Positions 37,475-52,369 of a stretch of 58,880 nucleotides of DNA are shown here, one piece after another; positions within the stretch are counted from its first letter, which is position 1; each line of letters begins with the position of its first letter. A program made the position numbers and the translations under genes. Source of the DNA: Octopus bimaculoides (lineage: Eukaryota); assembly GCF_001194135.2 (NCBI RefSeq), contig NC_068990.1, positions 34,214,524 through 34,273,403 of the forward strand. The letters are read 5' to 3'. Below the pieces are notes generated by a model. That model searched no databases, had not been told where the DNA came from, and saw only the letters and a list, made by a program, of their open reading frames with translations.

Positions 37475-38429
37475 CATTTATATATATATATATATATATA
37501 AGTGGTTATGTACAGCCATATGTATACATTTGTTCATTTTTACATCTACCTTTCCATGCTGGCTTGTGCCAGATAAATCTGTTTTTCAGACATTATTTTT
37601 CAGCCGTATGCCCTTGCTGTCACTAACCCTTAGCTTAAGATTTTTGCTTTGTAACCACATATGCTTTCAAAAGCAGCATTAAAAGCATTTTGTGAACATT
37701 CTAAGCAAGCATTGTTGGAAATAAGACATTTTGGCTCTTTATCTCCATTGCCGATTAAACTTAAATATTCTTCAAACGTAGGTGGATTACAGGTCAAAAA
37801 TTAGAAGTCTTTTCCCACAAGGTGCCGATATAAAGGTACAAAAATAAAATAGCTGCCAGTAGGGGTGTCAGGTTTCATACTGTAAATCATCCAGTGTGAT
37901 GTAATTATTGAAGTTGGGTCCTCCAAACATTTTGATTAGCTCTTAACATTCTGTATGACATGAATCTGCACGTCACTGTATCTCTCTGTCCTATACCTCT
38001 TGAAACAACAGAAATTGAATCACTCTTGTTTACATTAATTTTAAATGATGTCCTGCACTCTCTATTCTGCTGAAGAAAATTTCATTCCCTTCCTGTATTA
38101 TATTCTGCAATGTTTATTTGTAGCACAAATGGCTATTCAGATTTAAAAAAAGAAAAAACAGAAAAAAAAAAACACCAGTTTCAGCCGGTAGTGCTGCCAA
38201 TTTTTGCAATAATCTGACCACAAGTTGAAGACTGTATATATTTAAATAAACAGATTTTTAGGTATTTTCTGTCAATCATTCATTACAATTTCAAAAATTT
38301 TTAACAAGATATTAAATTCCTTGTTAACATGAAACCAGTGTGGCTATTAACTACTCACTTTTGTCAAAGTAACAACAATAAATACACAAACAGGGATGGT
38401 CATGTTGTCTTGGATTTAGTCCCATTCCA

Positions 38430-38700
38430 TAGCTCCTTGGGTAAGTTTCTTTTTCTTTAGCCCTAAGTTAACCAAAGCCTTGTGAGTAGATGAGGCAGAA
38501 GGAAAGTGAAAGAGGGCTATCATGTGTGTATGTATGGATATATTGTGTGTTTGTGTGTACTTTTAACTCGATATCATGGGATTGTCATTAATGGGCATCA
38601 CCGTCCTACAAGCATTGTTGTTTGTTTCCAAATTCCAGAAAATCAAAGAGAATGTTACTCCACAAAAGCAGACAGATTTTCTCTGGTAATAACCAGCTTT
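38430..38700 (+). mobile_element. Degenerate SINE family A-related copy
   Basis: ccttgggtaagtttc...accaaagccttgtgagtaga...aaagcagacagatt. Confidence 0.55.
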
Positions 38701-38799
38701 TGAACCTCTTAAGTCCCAGATAAGAAGTGTGACATGAATTTTATGAGCAGGCCCTTCCTTTCCAGATCATAAAGATATAGTCAAATATTCCTTGCCATC

Positions 38800-39235
38800 T
38801 AAATGGGGAAAAGGTGTATTTGTTGGCTTCAAATGCTTCCAGTACATCTGAGCAGACCTTGCCTTCAAATTGGTTGCTAACCGTCAAAAATAGCCATTTT
38901 GCACACATTTTACTATACCCAGTCAGTCCTGTTGTATAGCAAGCTCATGAATCCTGACTCAACTGTACATGTGAATCATTTTATCCACACACTGGCTATT
39001 CATATCGCTGGTTACAGTTGATGTTCTCCCACTGCTTAGTTTTTTCTTCAGTGTTGGTTTCCCTTTCTTTAAACCCTTTCATCCATCTGTGCACATTGTT
39101 TTTGTCAAAGGTGTCATCTCCATAAAATACCTGGAGATAATGTCAGATGGCCTGTGCTCCTTCAGCATGTGGCCTTTACATTGAATCCTGTATTTGCCTG
39201 TAAACAACTGGAAGAACAGTTACAGTACGGATTGG
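38800..39235 (-). mobile_element. Decayed mariner (irritans/Hsmar2-like) transposase N-terminus
   Basis: Minus strand AEGAQAI..YGDDTFDKNNVHRWMKGFKERETNTEE...SGRTSTVTSDMNSQCVDKMIH...GYSKMCAKW. Confidence 0.8.
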
Positions 39236-39621
39236 GTTACCCTACTAACATATGCAGATTCAATGCCCTATGTTAGTTGATGAAAAAGTTATACTTTCTT
39301 GTGCATTACTTGCAGTACAATCCTCATGCATATATATATGTGTGTATAAATGATAATATCATCATAGCTATAATGTCAGCTTTTCTATGCATGAATGTTT
39401 CAGATAAAATTCATTCATGTACATTTTCTATGACTAGATACCCTTCTTTGTGCCAACTTTCACCAGTTTCCAAGCAAGGTAATATTTCCCATGTTTTCAT
39501 GGAATACTGCACAGAAGAGACGCTACTTGTATGACAGTATTGCTTGTTTATGACTATCGCGCAAGACAAGGTACAGATGGACACACACATGTATGTGCAC
39601 AAATGTGTTTGTGTGTGTCTA

Positions 39622-39932
39622 TAGACATGTGACTGTGTGGTAAGACATTTGCTTCCCAGCCATATGGTACTAGGTTCAGTCCCACTGTGGTAACTTGAGC
39701 ATGTTGATTTGGTTGATAGTCACTGAAAGTAGCCTGTTTGTTTGCGTATGTGTTTATTGCCCACCATCACTTGACTAGTGGTGATGGTTTGTATACTTAG
39801 TGGTTTGGCAAAAGAAAGTGATAAAATAAGTATCGGGGTTTAAAAAATAAATACTGGGGACAAATCATTCAACTAAAACCCTCCAAGGTGGTATCCCAGC
39901 ATGGTCACAGTCTAATTACGGAAACAAATAGA
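39622..39932 (+). mobile_element. SINE family A
   Basis: gactgtgtggtaagacatttgcttcccagccatatgg...ggttcagtcccactg...cccagcatggtcacagtc. Confidence 0.85.
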
Positions 39933-40224
39933 TCAGACATATGTATTTGGTTACAGACATGTATATAGATATATGTAGAGAATTATGTATACTTCTGTAT
40001 ATGTATATAGATGTATGTATATAAATATATATACATATATATATATATATGTATGCATGTATTGGTGTGGGTGTATACATGTGTATAGAAAACAGTGGGG
40101 TTGAAACTGAAACCATGAGGTTGAGAAGCAAACTTGTTAAACACACAGCCATACCTCCATAGGTATGTTTTGTACATGCATATATGTGTGTGCACATTTG
40201 TGTATACATGCATATGCGTGTGTG

Positions 40225-40257
<33 letters not shown>

Positions 40258-41931
40258 ACATTTGTGCATGTCACTTCTCTGTGTATATGTATTTGTATAT
40301 CTATATGTGTGTATGTATATGTATTTGTATACATGTGTGTGTATGTGTGTCTATATATATGTCTGCATGTGTATTTAGTCCCTACCACTCCTGCATATTG
40401 TCGTATACCCTCCCCACTTGATTTGTTCATTTTCAATATATCCCCTTTCCATTCCTTCCTCATATATCCACATTTTCTTCCTCTTTCCTTCCAAAGTCTG
40501 ATGCTTGTATGGGTAGTGTCTGCATTCTGGCAACCATTACCCAGCTTCCTTGACTCCTGCCAACGCATTTTCTTGGTGATGTTACTATGTTGAATATATG
40601 CTTTTCTCTCTCTCCATGCCCCACTCTACCCACTAATATGTAACTTTGAGTAACACTGTTCCTATATTTAACCATCTCCACTGCCCTTATCACTTTCTCA
40701 CTAATCCCCTAACATTGCTTTTAATTTTCCCTTCTATTACTGCCTTCCATTTTATCTTTCCTTCATTCATCACTTTACTCACCAATGTATAACACAAGGT
40801 AGCCCTGCATCTCACCATGCTCATCACCCACCTACCATTCTATACTCTCTAACTCTCTCTCACTTCCTTCTGACACTACTTTTCATTTTTCCTGTTATTT
40901 TCCCATTCCCTAACTGTGTTAGTCTTCCCACTATCACCTCGTCTCAAAAATAACTATGTAACTCCAAAAAGAATTCTTCATTGACCCTGAGGAACTATCC
41001 ACAACTGGAGGATAGATCTGCCCCATCACTTGGTACATCTACTCAATCTGCCCCAATATCATTACCACTTTGTACATTTGCTCACTAATCCTTGACATTA
41101 CTCTCCCACTTCTTAACTGTCACTTGAACACTAATTCTTTCTGCTATTCACTCCATTACCAGCCTTTGACAATAAGTCTATTCCATCCATCAGAAGGGCT
41201 CTTTCAAAGCAGCAAAGTGATCCTGGTAATGTTGGTATGCAGTCCTGTGATAGGTAATCAATTCAAACAGACAATGTAGGCCTGAAGAAGACTCTCTCAT
41301 CTGCATTTGTATATTTATGTATGTATATATATATATATATATATGTATATAATATACGCATCTTTTCTTTTCTTCACAGAACTAATACTTTTTTTCTTTT
41401 TCTTCCCTGTAGAAATGTTTCACAATCATCCACTTGCACATACATTTATCTCACCCACTACATTCTTCTTGGCTTTCTATGCACCTCATCTAAAAGGACA
41501 AATTTTTATACTAGTTCCTCACCATCGTTTGGACACTTCCTCTCACTCTTCCAGGACCTTTTACAGGAGTGCTGTGTCACTTTTAAATAATTTTCTTCTC
41601 TCACAGAGCTTTTCATTTTTATTTCTCCTTCGTCTTTCTTTGTTAAAACTTTCTTTCCATGTGAAAGTTCTTAGTACTCTTGTTGGTTTCCCTTTAGCCT
41701 CATACTCATACCTGCTCCCACCATCATACGTCCACTTTATCCTCAAACACCCTCAATGATTGAACAGGGAAACCAACTCCCCATACCCTGACAAACCTAT
41801 CCTTCTATACTTCAACACTCTTATTCACAAGGATAAACTTCTACTCTTGTACACAGCTCCACCCTCATCGACCCATGTTCCCACCTGGTTCATAATATAC
41901 ACACACACACACATGGTACTTATGCATTATT

Positions 41932-41962
<31 letters not shown>

Positions 41963-42472
41963 ATTTATATTGATGCATATGAATATATATGTGCACACAC
42001 ACACACACACACACACACATTTGTAGAATTGATAACAGAAAACAGGTATGGTATTCAATTCATACATGTGTTTTGTCAAATTACTGTCATAACTACACCC
42101 ACTTATGTTGAAAGTTTAATATATTCCCATTATACAAGTTATCCCTAACCTTGCAAGTCACACAATGTTGTAGGAGACAGATGAAAACCGACCATAGAGG
42201 TTCGAGGCCATGTTCTCAAATCCAAGTAGGTACAACAAAAAACAAAAAATAACATGATTATTTGCCAGGATGTGTATATGTTGTATAAAGCGTTGAATAC
42301 CATACTTGTTTCTTTGTTATTAATTCTATGACTTGGCTTGTATTCTACACACTAGTAAATCCTGAGGTTGATGAATTACAGTATACTAAACTGGATATTG
42401 GAGTGGAATGTGGAACCCTCTACTTAGCTTGATTTTCGGTTATGCTTCACAGTACCTATATTCATATATATA

Positions 42473-42945
42473 CAGTGTGATGGAAAAGTAACTCTCTATT
42501 TTGAAATACCTATTAATTGTAAATTTTACAAAAAACAAAAATGGATATGAGATTTAGTATAAAGATTTTATTTAAAATTCAATGTGGGCTTCAGATGTTG
42601 CCACCATCTTCTTGAATCACCCAGGAATTGTGTCAGCTGATTTCACTAGGAACTCTTGTATTCGCTCTTCAAGTTCTTCCAAAGTCTTTGGTTTGATACA
42701 ATAGACTTGTTCCTTTAACCAACCTCAAAGAAAGAAGTCACAGGGAATTAAGTCGGGGCTATTGACTGGCCACTCATGCGGATCAGCATGACACACCCAT
42801 CTCATGGGGAAGTGGGCATTTAGCCATTTCAGATGACAAATTAAATTCTCATACTTCAAAAAACAAGCACAAAAATTTGAACAAAAAAGTACAGTTAAGA
42901 AATAATTTATAAGTATTTTAAAATAGTTATTTTTCAATCACCCTG
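42473..42945 (-). mobile_element. Non-autonomous Tc1/mariner deletion derivative, 473 bp, with both TIRs and TA target-site duplication
   Basis: TA|CAGTGTGATGGAAAAGTAACT...TATTTTGAAATAC versus reverse complement of the right end CAGGGTGATTGAAAAATAAC...TATTTTAAAATAC. Minus strand encodes WPVNSPDLIPCDFFL*GWLKEQVY (third catalytic residue region). Confidence 0.9.
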
Positions 42946-43104
42946 TATGTGCGTGTGTGTATATATATTTGTGTGTATATGTACCTATATTTCTATGTAG
43001 ATATGTGCATATATGTATTTTTGTGCTCGTGAAATTGTTTTGACATGTATTAATACATAGATATAAATGTATGTTTGGGTACATATGCATGTAAATGTAC
43101 AAGA

Positions 43105-43140
<36 letters not shown>

Positions 43141-43659
43141 TTACATGTCTCATGATATATAAATGTATGTAAATGTATATATATGTGTTTTTGTATATTT
43201 AAATAATGTAAATATGTGTGTCAATATATGTGTGTGTATATATATATATATATGTATGTATATGTAAATGAAACAAAGATGTGCTAAGCGAAATAAAATA
43301 CCAGTTGTATACCAATTTATTAAAATTATCCCCACTGCCAGAAAATTTAAACCAGTCTCTGCATGGCAATTGGTTCTGCCACCAAACAAAATCAGGATAA
43401 AATCTAAAGAAGAAAGAATTTTCCAAAATTAAGATGCCATCAAAGAAAACAGTTTGTTTGGAGAAAGGAGGACAGCTGCCGACAGATGTTTCTATATTTC
43501 TAGGCATTGTTCAGCAGACATGATACTTGAACATGCACAAAAAAGATTAGCACAGATGTGTGGCCTAGGAAATTTGCATAAAAGAAATGAAAATGAGATA
43601 ATGGTATTAAGTTATGTGTTTGCATATAAATGTATGCACGTACACACATATGTGTATGT

Positions 43660-43719
<60 letters not shown>

Positions 43720-44639
43720 TATGTTTTAGAATATGACACAATTTCAGGTGAGTTGCTATAAAAAGGGTTAAAGTAACGTGAAGTTTGTGATAGAAATTGG
43801 TTAGTGTCTACACATGTGTGTGTGTGTGTGTGTGCGTGTAGCTAATCTTGCAACCATGTAATGGGTGTGTATGTCACTTTATTACACAATTATGTGCTTT
43901 ATTGGTGATGAGCATGGTACATCATAGCACATTTAATCATGGTGGGATTGACAAGGAACAAATATATATATATATGTACACATTCACACTTTCTTAAACA
44001 CTAGCCTACCCATCCATTGACTGCTTATGCTTCTCATACTCATGGCCCGTTTGCTCATCATTTAGTCATTCTCCTCTTACTAGTCTTTCTGTACTAATCT
44101 TTTGTTGTGACTGTGGATGGTAGTGGATCACATCTATTCACCATGTATTGCATCCTCTCACCCATGCCTTTATTGCCTATCTTCTGTTTGCCATACATTG
44201 CTTTCACTGTAATTAAAAACACCACTGCACCTTTACTGTCTTTTTCACCAAGAGCCTTTGTGTTGTTTTCTGATACAGGATCCATCCACTTTTTGTTCCT
44301 CTGCTAAGATGCTCATCCCTTGATTTTTCTGGCCTATTTAAAGCTTATGCTTCGGTGGTTTCATTATGCCCAGTACACTGTACTGCATGTTATCACGTCA
44401 TTTCACTCAGTCTGCCTCGCTCTCCTAGGCCATGTAGCCTTCTGTCATCACTCTGTCGTCTTGTTCTCAGAATACTGAGTACTCCTATCACTCATCCTTC
44501 TATCCTGTTAATCGGTGTCATTCATACATCTGTCCCTCATGTTTCTGACTCTCCAAACAGACTACCAGTGACCAGTCACATGGGGTGTGACGAACCTTTA
44601 GTCTTGTCAAGGACAATTCATCACTAAACTGCTGGTGTC

Positions 44640-44850
44640 ATGAGTAAAAAAAGAGCAGCTAATACATTTTGTAAAATAGGTGGAGTTAAGAAGGACATCT
44701 AGTCTAAGAAAAAGAACCAACTATCAATCATGAATGAGATGAGCTCCTGCAATCCATCTAAGCGAGCAGTATCGGTGAATAGTTGCTGTTGACTCTTGTG
44801 ATCTGGTCAACCCATGCCAGCATGGAAATTGGACAAAAATTGATAATGAT
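44640..44850 (+). mobile_element. Degenerate RTE-tailed element 3' end (family C)
   Basis: aaggacatctagtc...ggtcaacccatgccagcatggaaattggac...tgataatgat. Confidence 0.6.
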
Positions 44851-44896
44851 ATTTATCCTATAAATACATACACATTCTGTTTGTATGTGTATATAC

Positions 44897-44927
<31 letters not shown>

Positions 44928-44953
44928 ATATATATATACNNNNNNNNNNATAC

Positions 44954-45006
<53 letters not shown>

Positions 45007-45249
45007 TACATACACAAATGAGTGAACAAACAGAAGAAAGTAGCGTTCAACACATTTTGTAGGAGTTACATATATTTAAATCAATTTGAGTCAGCTCTAC
45101 ATGACTTAATTTCAAAGGTGTGCAGGACATATCCTGCTCATCAAATAATAGCAGTCTGTTATTAGTCATACACACACACACACGCGTGTGTGTGAGTGTG
45201 TATATATATATATATATATGTTTCTCTCTCTTTCTCTCTCTCTCTCTCT

Positions 45250-45299
<50 letters not shown>

Positions 45300-45349
45300 A
45301 TATGTATGTATATACTTACGTATACAATCAACATCGCTGTTGCCAACAT

Positions 45350-45720
45350 AAGTCTTCTCTCTTGATGTGAAAGACGGATTGTATGGCACTTATGTTAGCA
45401 TGGCAGCAAGACATGGGCCTTGAATGTAGAGGACTTGAAAAGGCTGGTAAGAAATGAGGTTAACATGCACCATTGGATCTGCAATGTAGATGTTCATGAA
45501 CAACCAAGTACAAATGTGTTGAGCTTAAGAAGAATCAGATGTAGTGTGCTAGTGAGATGGCTTTTGTATGGCCACAGGATGCTTTTGGATGAGGGCAGCT
45601 GTATAAAAACAGTGCCAATAACTTCATGTGGATGGAAAGAGGGTGACCCAACAAGACAAGTGATTAAGTGCTCTTAGGATCTTAAACTTTATAGAGGAGG
45701 TGACAAAGGACCTGGTTGAC
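45350..45720 (+). mobile_element. Decayed RTE/RTEX-like LINE ORF2 C-terminal fragment
   Basis: TWALNVEDLKRLVRNEVNMHHWICNV...RW..YGHRMLLDEGSCIK resembles the SETW..RL.RNE..M.RW.C...LRWYGHV.RM motif. Confidence 0.75.
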
Positions 45721-46859
45721 TTCCCAGAAAAACCCATTCAGCCCAGCAGAACATACTCCTCACAACATCCCTGTCACACATCATCTCTAACTGGTATTCT
45801 GCTGCTGTAATTAAATATGTACAGAACTGCATACTTCACCAGTTCTTCCCTGATGCCAGCTATCCTTCTCACTTCACAGAACCATTTTACCTGATATCTA
45901 TCTTTCATTCCTAATATTGTTCTCTCCTCCCACGTTTTACCTTGATCACCCTTCGAAGCCACAAAATTATTTCTCTCCACCCCATTCACTATGCTTTTTC
46001 CACACTCTTTCAAACTACCCAACTACCTGTCATCTCTCCTTGTCTATCCTTCACTGTTTTGTTTCTTTTCACTCCACACTTTTTTGCACTTTGTCTTCCC
46101 CTATCCCCCAACTTATGTCATTGATCACTCCTCAATCCTACCCAACTTCTACGATTGTCACCTATTTTTCTCCCTTCCTTACCTTTCTCCCCTCAACTTG
46201 TTCTCCTTCATTATGTTCAACCTCTCACTCATTCCCTATTTCTAACCATCTCTCACTCTCCCATACAGTCTTGCAATCTCTGCCAACCCACACTTTCTGT
46301 TCTCATTTCTTCTCTCCTTGTATCTCAAGCATTCAACTTGACACCTTATCACCATTATTTTTATCTGCTATTATCATGTGATGTCAAAGCAAGAATATAC
46401 ATACAAACACACAGATGATGGGCTTTGCAGTCTCCATCGGTCAAATCCAATTGAAACTTTGGTTGGCTTTAGACTACAATAGAAGACAAACTTCTTAACC
46501 ATACAGCTATTCTGTGCTAAATGCACTTATGTGATACAACCACAAGCAGATGCAAATAGATGCTGCAAATTACTTGTAGGCAGGAAAATTTACTGTTTAA
46601 TTGCCTAAAATGCTCCCACCAGATTGAAACCTCTGTACTCTGCAGCCCTTAAACTTTTACATATAAGATTAAAATGTCAGTGTAAAAGCCTCCAAAACTG
46701 CACACACACACACACACACACACATCTATCTATCTATCTATCTGGTTGTCAGATAATTTTTTTTATTTCCAGTTATTTTAATCTTTATTTTTCATTAACA
46801 ATTTTAATGAATTGGTGTAATATATTCTTCATTGTCTATGACTTCTTGCCAATGTTCTC

Positions 46860-47460
46860 CTAGGCTGCCAATACCTGACAGTAGAAGTCACTAGGTCCTG
46901 ACTCAATTCATTGAGCCACATTTTCAGCTGCATGTCATTGTTGAACACTGCCTCACAGATATTGGAAAGTGACTGGAAAAGGTGATAATCTGAAGCTACT
47001 ATATCAGGATAATATGGTAGGTGTGGTAGAACTTCCCAGATAACCTCATAAATAGCATTTTTTATTAAATTAGTGACATGGGGGCAATTGTTGTGTTGAA
47101 GAAGCAGACCCTGTTACTAATCAGGCAGCTTCAGCTGGTTTGCACCCATGCACTAAGTTTTTGAAGTTTAATCAAGTGAAGGTGATGGGTGACAGTATCA
47201 TGAGAAGATCTCCTCTACTGAACCAGTTCCCTAGTGGACTGGCACAAATCCTCATGGATGAGCTCATTTATTTGATCTTTATTTAACTGAACAGTTTATC
47301 TGGAATGCAGAAAGTTCGTGAGGTCAGATATCCCCTCCTTTATACATGAAAACCATCAGTAAAAGCATCATCTTCATACACAGTGCAAAGTTCTCAAGTA
47401 ACTTTGGCAGCATTGGAACCTTAATTGACTGTGAAAATAAGCAGGTGTTGAAAATGCTAA
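46860..47460 (-). mobile_element. Decayed, internally deleted mariner transposase
   Basis: Minus strand HFQHLLIFTVN*GSNAAKVT*ELCTVYEDD (N-terminus) and LLQHNNCPHV...WEVLPHLPYYPDIVASDYHLFQSLSN (2nd and 3rd D regions). Confidence 0.85.
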
Positions 47461-47914
47461 TTTCTTTTTTTTTTTTTCTACCAGATACTAGAATGTTCTA
47501 GGTCTAGGAAGAGGTAAAATTTATTCAAATTTTAAATAAGATAAACAGAATTTGTAGAGGAAGAATAATTACAAATTACTATAAAACAGAATAAAATATT
47601 TTTCTGTTAATTCAAATAACATTACGAAGAAACAAGTGAATTTATCAGACACCATTTTACATATATAGTGTTTATTTTTAAATAGCAGTGCACCATCATG
47701 ACCACAGCCTTTAGCCTGGAACACAGAAAGATGATTGATAGATAGATAGATAGATAAGGTGGTGTAGTAGCAGTTGATTTACCTAGTAAAACAAGGTAAC
47801 ATTGTTTCCATTGGTTTTCCAAATTGTTGAACAGTTTGTCACAATTCACGACGTATGTTGTAGTTTTCCAGTACTGGGGCAGGATTTGTAATAATATATG
47901 TATTATTATTTATT

Positions 47915-48135
47915 ATTGAGGCCATGAGCTGGCAGAATTGTTAGTATGAGGACAAAATGCTTAGTGGCATTTCATCCATCTTTGTTCTGAGTTCAAATTG
48001 TGCCGATGTCGACTTCACCTTTCATCCTTTTGGGGTCAGTAAAAATAAGTACCTGTGGAGCTCTGGCTTCAATGTAATCAACTTACCCCTCCTTTGAATT
48101 TTCTAGCCTTATGCCAAAATTTGAAACCATATTAT
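47915..48135 (+). mobile_element. SINE family B
   Basis: gagctggcagaattgttag...gagttcaaattgtgcc...tttcatccttttggggtc...aaataagtacc. Confidence 0.85.
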
Positions 48136-48389
48136 TATTATTACTGGACTCTTGTCACTTCAGCAATTGAGTGTTCAGCAAGATACAACTGTACAGTATT
48201 CTTAGTTCGATGTTCTGCCTTCTCATCTCACGTGAGTATTCAGACCTAAATAGGATTTGCAGATGTTGCAATAGTGGTCTCTATCCTTTTGGGGTTGATT
48301 GGGCTTGGTGCTACACTGGACTTTTTGTCCTTCAGCGTGTTAATCCTTGATACCTTAGGTTGGGATATAGCTTGATAGCAAAAGCCTCT

Positions 48390-48610
48390 CCACTGGGCTC
48401 TACTTAGTGCTTCTCATTCCCATGTCTTTAGGTTTATCATGCAGGTTGTCCTTATAATAGAGCAGAGGGTAGCCTTGTTGCTTGCCATGAGAGCTAAGCT
48501 GACCATAGATGAGACTTTTAGGTGAGTAAGTGTCTTCCATGAGTACCACATAGCCAACCCATATCAATTGCGCTGTCATAAGGTTCTTGCAAGATGTGAC
48601 ATTCATGGCA
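48390..48610 (-). mobile_element. Decayed RTE LINE C-terminal fragment
   Basis: NLMTAQLIWVGYVVLMEDTYSPKSLIYGQL...YYKDNL matches QLRW.GHV.RM...PK.L.YGEL...R.KD.L. Confidence 0.8.
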
Positions 48611-48640
48611 TATATATATATATAAAAGTATAAATGTGTA

Positions 48641-48674
<34 letters not shown>

Positions 48675-51600
48675 CAGCCTGCCAAGCATATATTTGCTCC
48701 ATATTCACCTACCATTCTTCTTGCCCTCCTCTACTATTACTCTGCCTTTCTCTTATTTTCTATCTTGTCATCATTCTAACCCCACTTACCCTTTACTAGG
48801 CATATTTATGAAACTGCATCAGATCACCCTACTCTCTCTACCCATTACACTCATCACTTCTACCTACTGTTTTACCAACCACCACCACCACACCCTTTCC
48901 TTTCTTGCACCCATCATCTACTCTTGCCTTTATCTCATCACCCAACCTCAGTTTCGTCCACCTCTTATTGCCAATCACTCTTTCCATTTCTTCTTCACTT
49001 TCTTTCCAACAACGCTCCAAATAGCCCTGCACTTTTCATTCTACCTTGCCATTCTAGTTCTTCTGATGTCATTGCTCTCTCTCCCATTCTTCACCTCAGC
49101 CACCTGAGCAAATACACACTCCTCCGACTATTGGATACTTTCTATTCTTACATTCTTATTCCTGCCTCAGCCACCTATTTCTGACCTTACTACTGGCATT
49201 GATTCCTCACTTATACCCATCTTTGTGATCTGCATGCTTCATGCTAGTGATTACTCTGTACATTTACTGTATACAAGGCACTCCCTCTCTGCTGGTGACA
49301 CAAAGGAAGCCTCATGCTTGCTGAGTTACAGTGGGAAATGGAATTTCACATGCTGTCTGATTATGCTCTTTGATCTTGATATCCTTGATATCCTTATCCT
49401 TCTAACACACCTATCACACCTATCACTTGCTACTTGATTACTCTCTCCTCTTCATATTTTCACTGAGTAATAGCCAGTGTGACTAAGGATAGTGATGCTC
49501 TCTTCAGTTCACTCTACAATGCTTCTAGTGTAACTAAGAGATGCCATGGGCTATACTGATTTTTCTCTCTCCAACACTTCACCTCTCCTTCACTTATCAC
49601 AGTGGCTCTCTTACCATCTTGATGTATACACATATGATTGCTTATCAAATCTGCATGTACCTCATACTATCAATATTGCCACCATGCCCATTTGGTACTG
49701 GCATCCATCACTCCCTCTGACTATTTATCTACCACTTGATATCAGTCATTCTCTAAATCTCTTATTCTTCAGCTATCATAATAAAATGTATCTAGTGCAC
49801 TTTGTAAAAGAGTTGGGGGTAGAGAGGGCATCTAGCCATGGAAATCAAGCCAAAAATAACACCCACAAGCTAGATGTGATACTCTAACCCATCTAGGATA
49901 CCATCAAAATGTTATCTAACCTGTGCCATCAGAGTTGTAAAATGGCATTATCTTTAATGTCTGTTCTTCGTGATAGTATGGGATAAACAATATGGTAGGA
50001 TCCAATGAGTTGAAGAACCATGTTATGCTCCAAAGTTTGTTTGGCATGGACAGATAGGACTAAATGCTTTTTTTTTTTTTTTGTTGTAGCACCAACATTT
50101 GTTAGATTGTCGTACAACTTGCAAGACTGGGGAGTTTATAGTTGGCTCCTTTAACTGAAGGAGAAAGTGTGATTATTTTAGGCAGGGTGATGAGAGGATC
50201 AGCTTTATACTTTTGGAGAGAATGGCAGTAATCACTTGTAAGGGAGGAATTCTCAAATAAATGGAAGAAAAGGGATTATTGTTGGTGATATGAATAACAC
50301 TCATCCTTATAATGTGACTATCCCAAGTTGTAAGGACAAGACGAGATGCAAGGTGTGGGGGAAGAGAAAATGAAAAGACAAAATAGATGAGTTGTTAGGA
50401 TTCAGAAAGTTATCAAAAGAGGTGTAAAAGTCATGGAGTATTGGCCATGTGCACGAAAGATGTGAGGTAACTGAGAAGTTATGGAGAGATCAATGAGAGA
50501 ATGAAGGCATAGGAATACGAGATGGTAGCAGACAAATGAGAAAGCATCATAGTTATGAGTAAAAGGATGATGGAAGTGAGTGGAGATATGGATGAGGAGA
50601 AGGTGGATTGATGAATTATGAATGATAAAGTGGTTATTAAAGTAAGTGGAGAGATGTATAAAGGAGGGAGTTTGGGCAAAAGTATAATGACAAGCATAAA
50701 CATGTGTGTACACAGATACACATGTACATCTATATGGAAATATTTATACACAAAGCACATGTGTATGCATGTGTACATCATGCAACTTATCCACAATGTG
50801 AAAATGCTGCCTACAATTTTTTCAGCCCACAGCAGAATAGAACTAAAAATATATAGTCTAAAACTAATTAAAGTTGTATACAGAACAGGAAGTACCCAAA
50901 TCCTATCCAACCTGAAATTCTACAAGGCTAACTAAAAATTGGTTCAAAAAAAGATTTTAAAGCAAAAGTATCCCAGAATTCTTTCTATGTAAGATACTAA
51001 GATGACAATTAAAGAATATATGTCACATGCATTAATATAAATCACATGTGTTAAATTTGTTCCTGAGAGAAACACTAATACATGTAAAAGCATATTCCAT
51101 GAGACAAGGGAGTCCTTGTGAGACAAAGAATAATGGTCTCATATTGCTTAAATAATTTAATGACAGCAAGAAATCCCACTTCAAAGAGACACTCTTTGAG
51201 ATAGAACTTAATCTCAGACTCACACATGAAAAAGTAAGGGAAGAAAAAGAAACCAGAACAGTTGAAAATATAAAAACTAACCCTAAAGTCTTCCACATAT
51301 TGTGTGTGTGACTGGTTTCCAGTCATGAGATTTGCTCAACCTGAGACTACTGTAAAAGATACTTAACCAGTTCCTGCACAGAACTACATGGCTGAGAAGC
51401 AACCTAAGTGACAACAAAGCCATGCATGTTTATTATATAAATACATGTATTATGTATATAAATTATGTGTATATGATATATTTATGGGACATTCCCTGGC
51501 CCAGTGTCATTCTAATTACACTGTTCTGCTGCTATAATTCAGTGTGATCAGGACTCCACACTTCAGGTTTTCTTTGCTACCACTTATTCTTTTTAGTAAG

Positions 51601-52369
51601 CTGAATCATTTCATTTGTTATCTATCCTTCATTTATAATACTGTCATCTTCATCACCTTTTTTACTCCCCCCCCCCATCCACCTCACATTTCTCTCTCTC
51701 TCTCTCTCTCTCTCTCTGTTATTGTTTTGCTATCTACTGTGTCATTCTTACTAATATGCTGTATTTCATCCCCCATCCTTTCTGCATTGTCAGTCATTTC
51801 CAACTTACCCACACTTTTCTCCTGCTCCTTACTCCTACCCAATTTCTACAGTTGTCACCTACTCTTTTCCTAACATCCTTACTTATCTCTGAACACTTGC
51901 CCATCATTAGAGATCATCCTTTCACATATTCATTTTCTAACCATCTCTCATTTTCTGATATTGCCTTGCAAACTCCACTCTCCAGTTCTCTGTTCTCCTG
52001 TCTCACACACTTCTAACTTACCCTTTCCTCCTGCTCCCAGTCATCTCTACTCACTTTGTATTCTGAGGGTCCACTTTGACACATCATGACAACTATTTTA
52101 TTTCTTTCCAGTTTCAATTTGGTCACATATACAGGCACCATACAATTTGAGGACAAGGTCCTGTATTACCAACAAAGATAATAACTCATAACTTTAATCT
52201 GCTAGTTCTTATTTTAGCAACTATACTTTCAGAGCATCATCTTCCATTGTGCTTGTGGTTAGATATGTATAAAGAGTATATAGGAGCAAGATTGACTGTG
52301 GTGCCATTTCCACTGCATGGCACCTAGGGACGGTGTCATCTGTTATAGACTTGAGCATTTGATAGAGAG

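Noticed and set aside
48516-48527. ttttAG|GTGAGT recursive-site-like motif
   Set aside because: Lies within an antisense RTE relic with no pyrimidine tract; consistent with chance.
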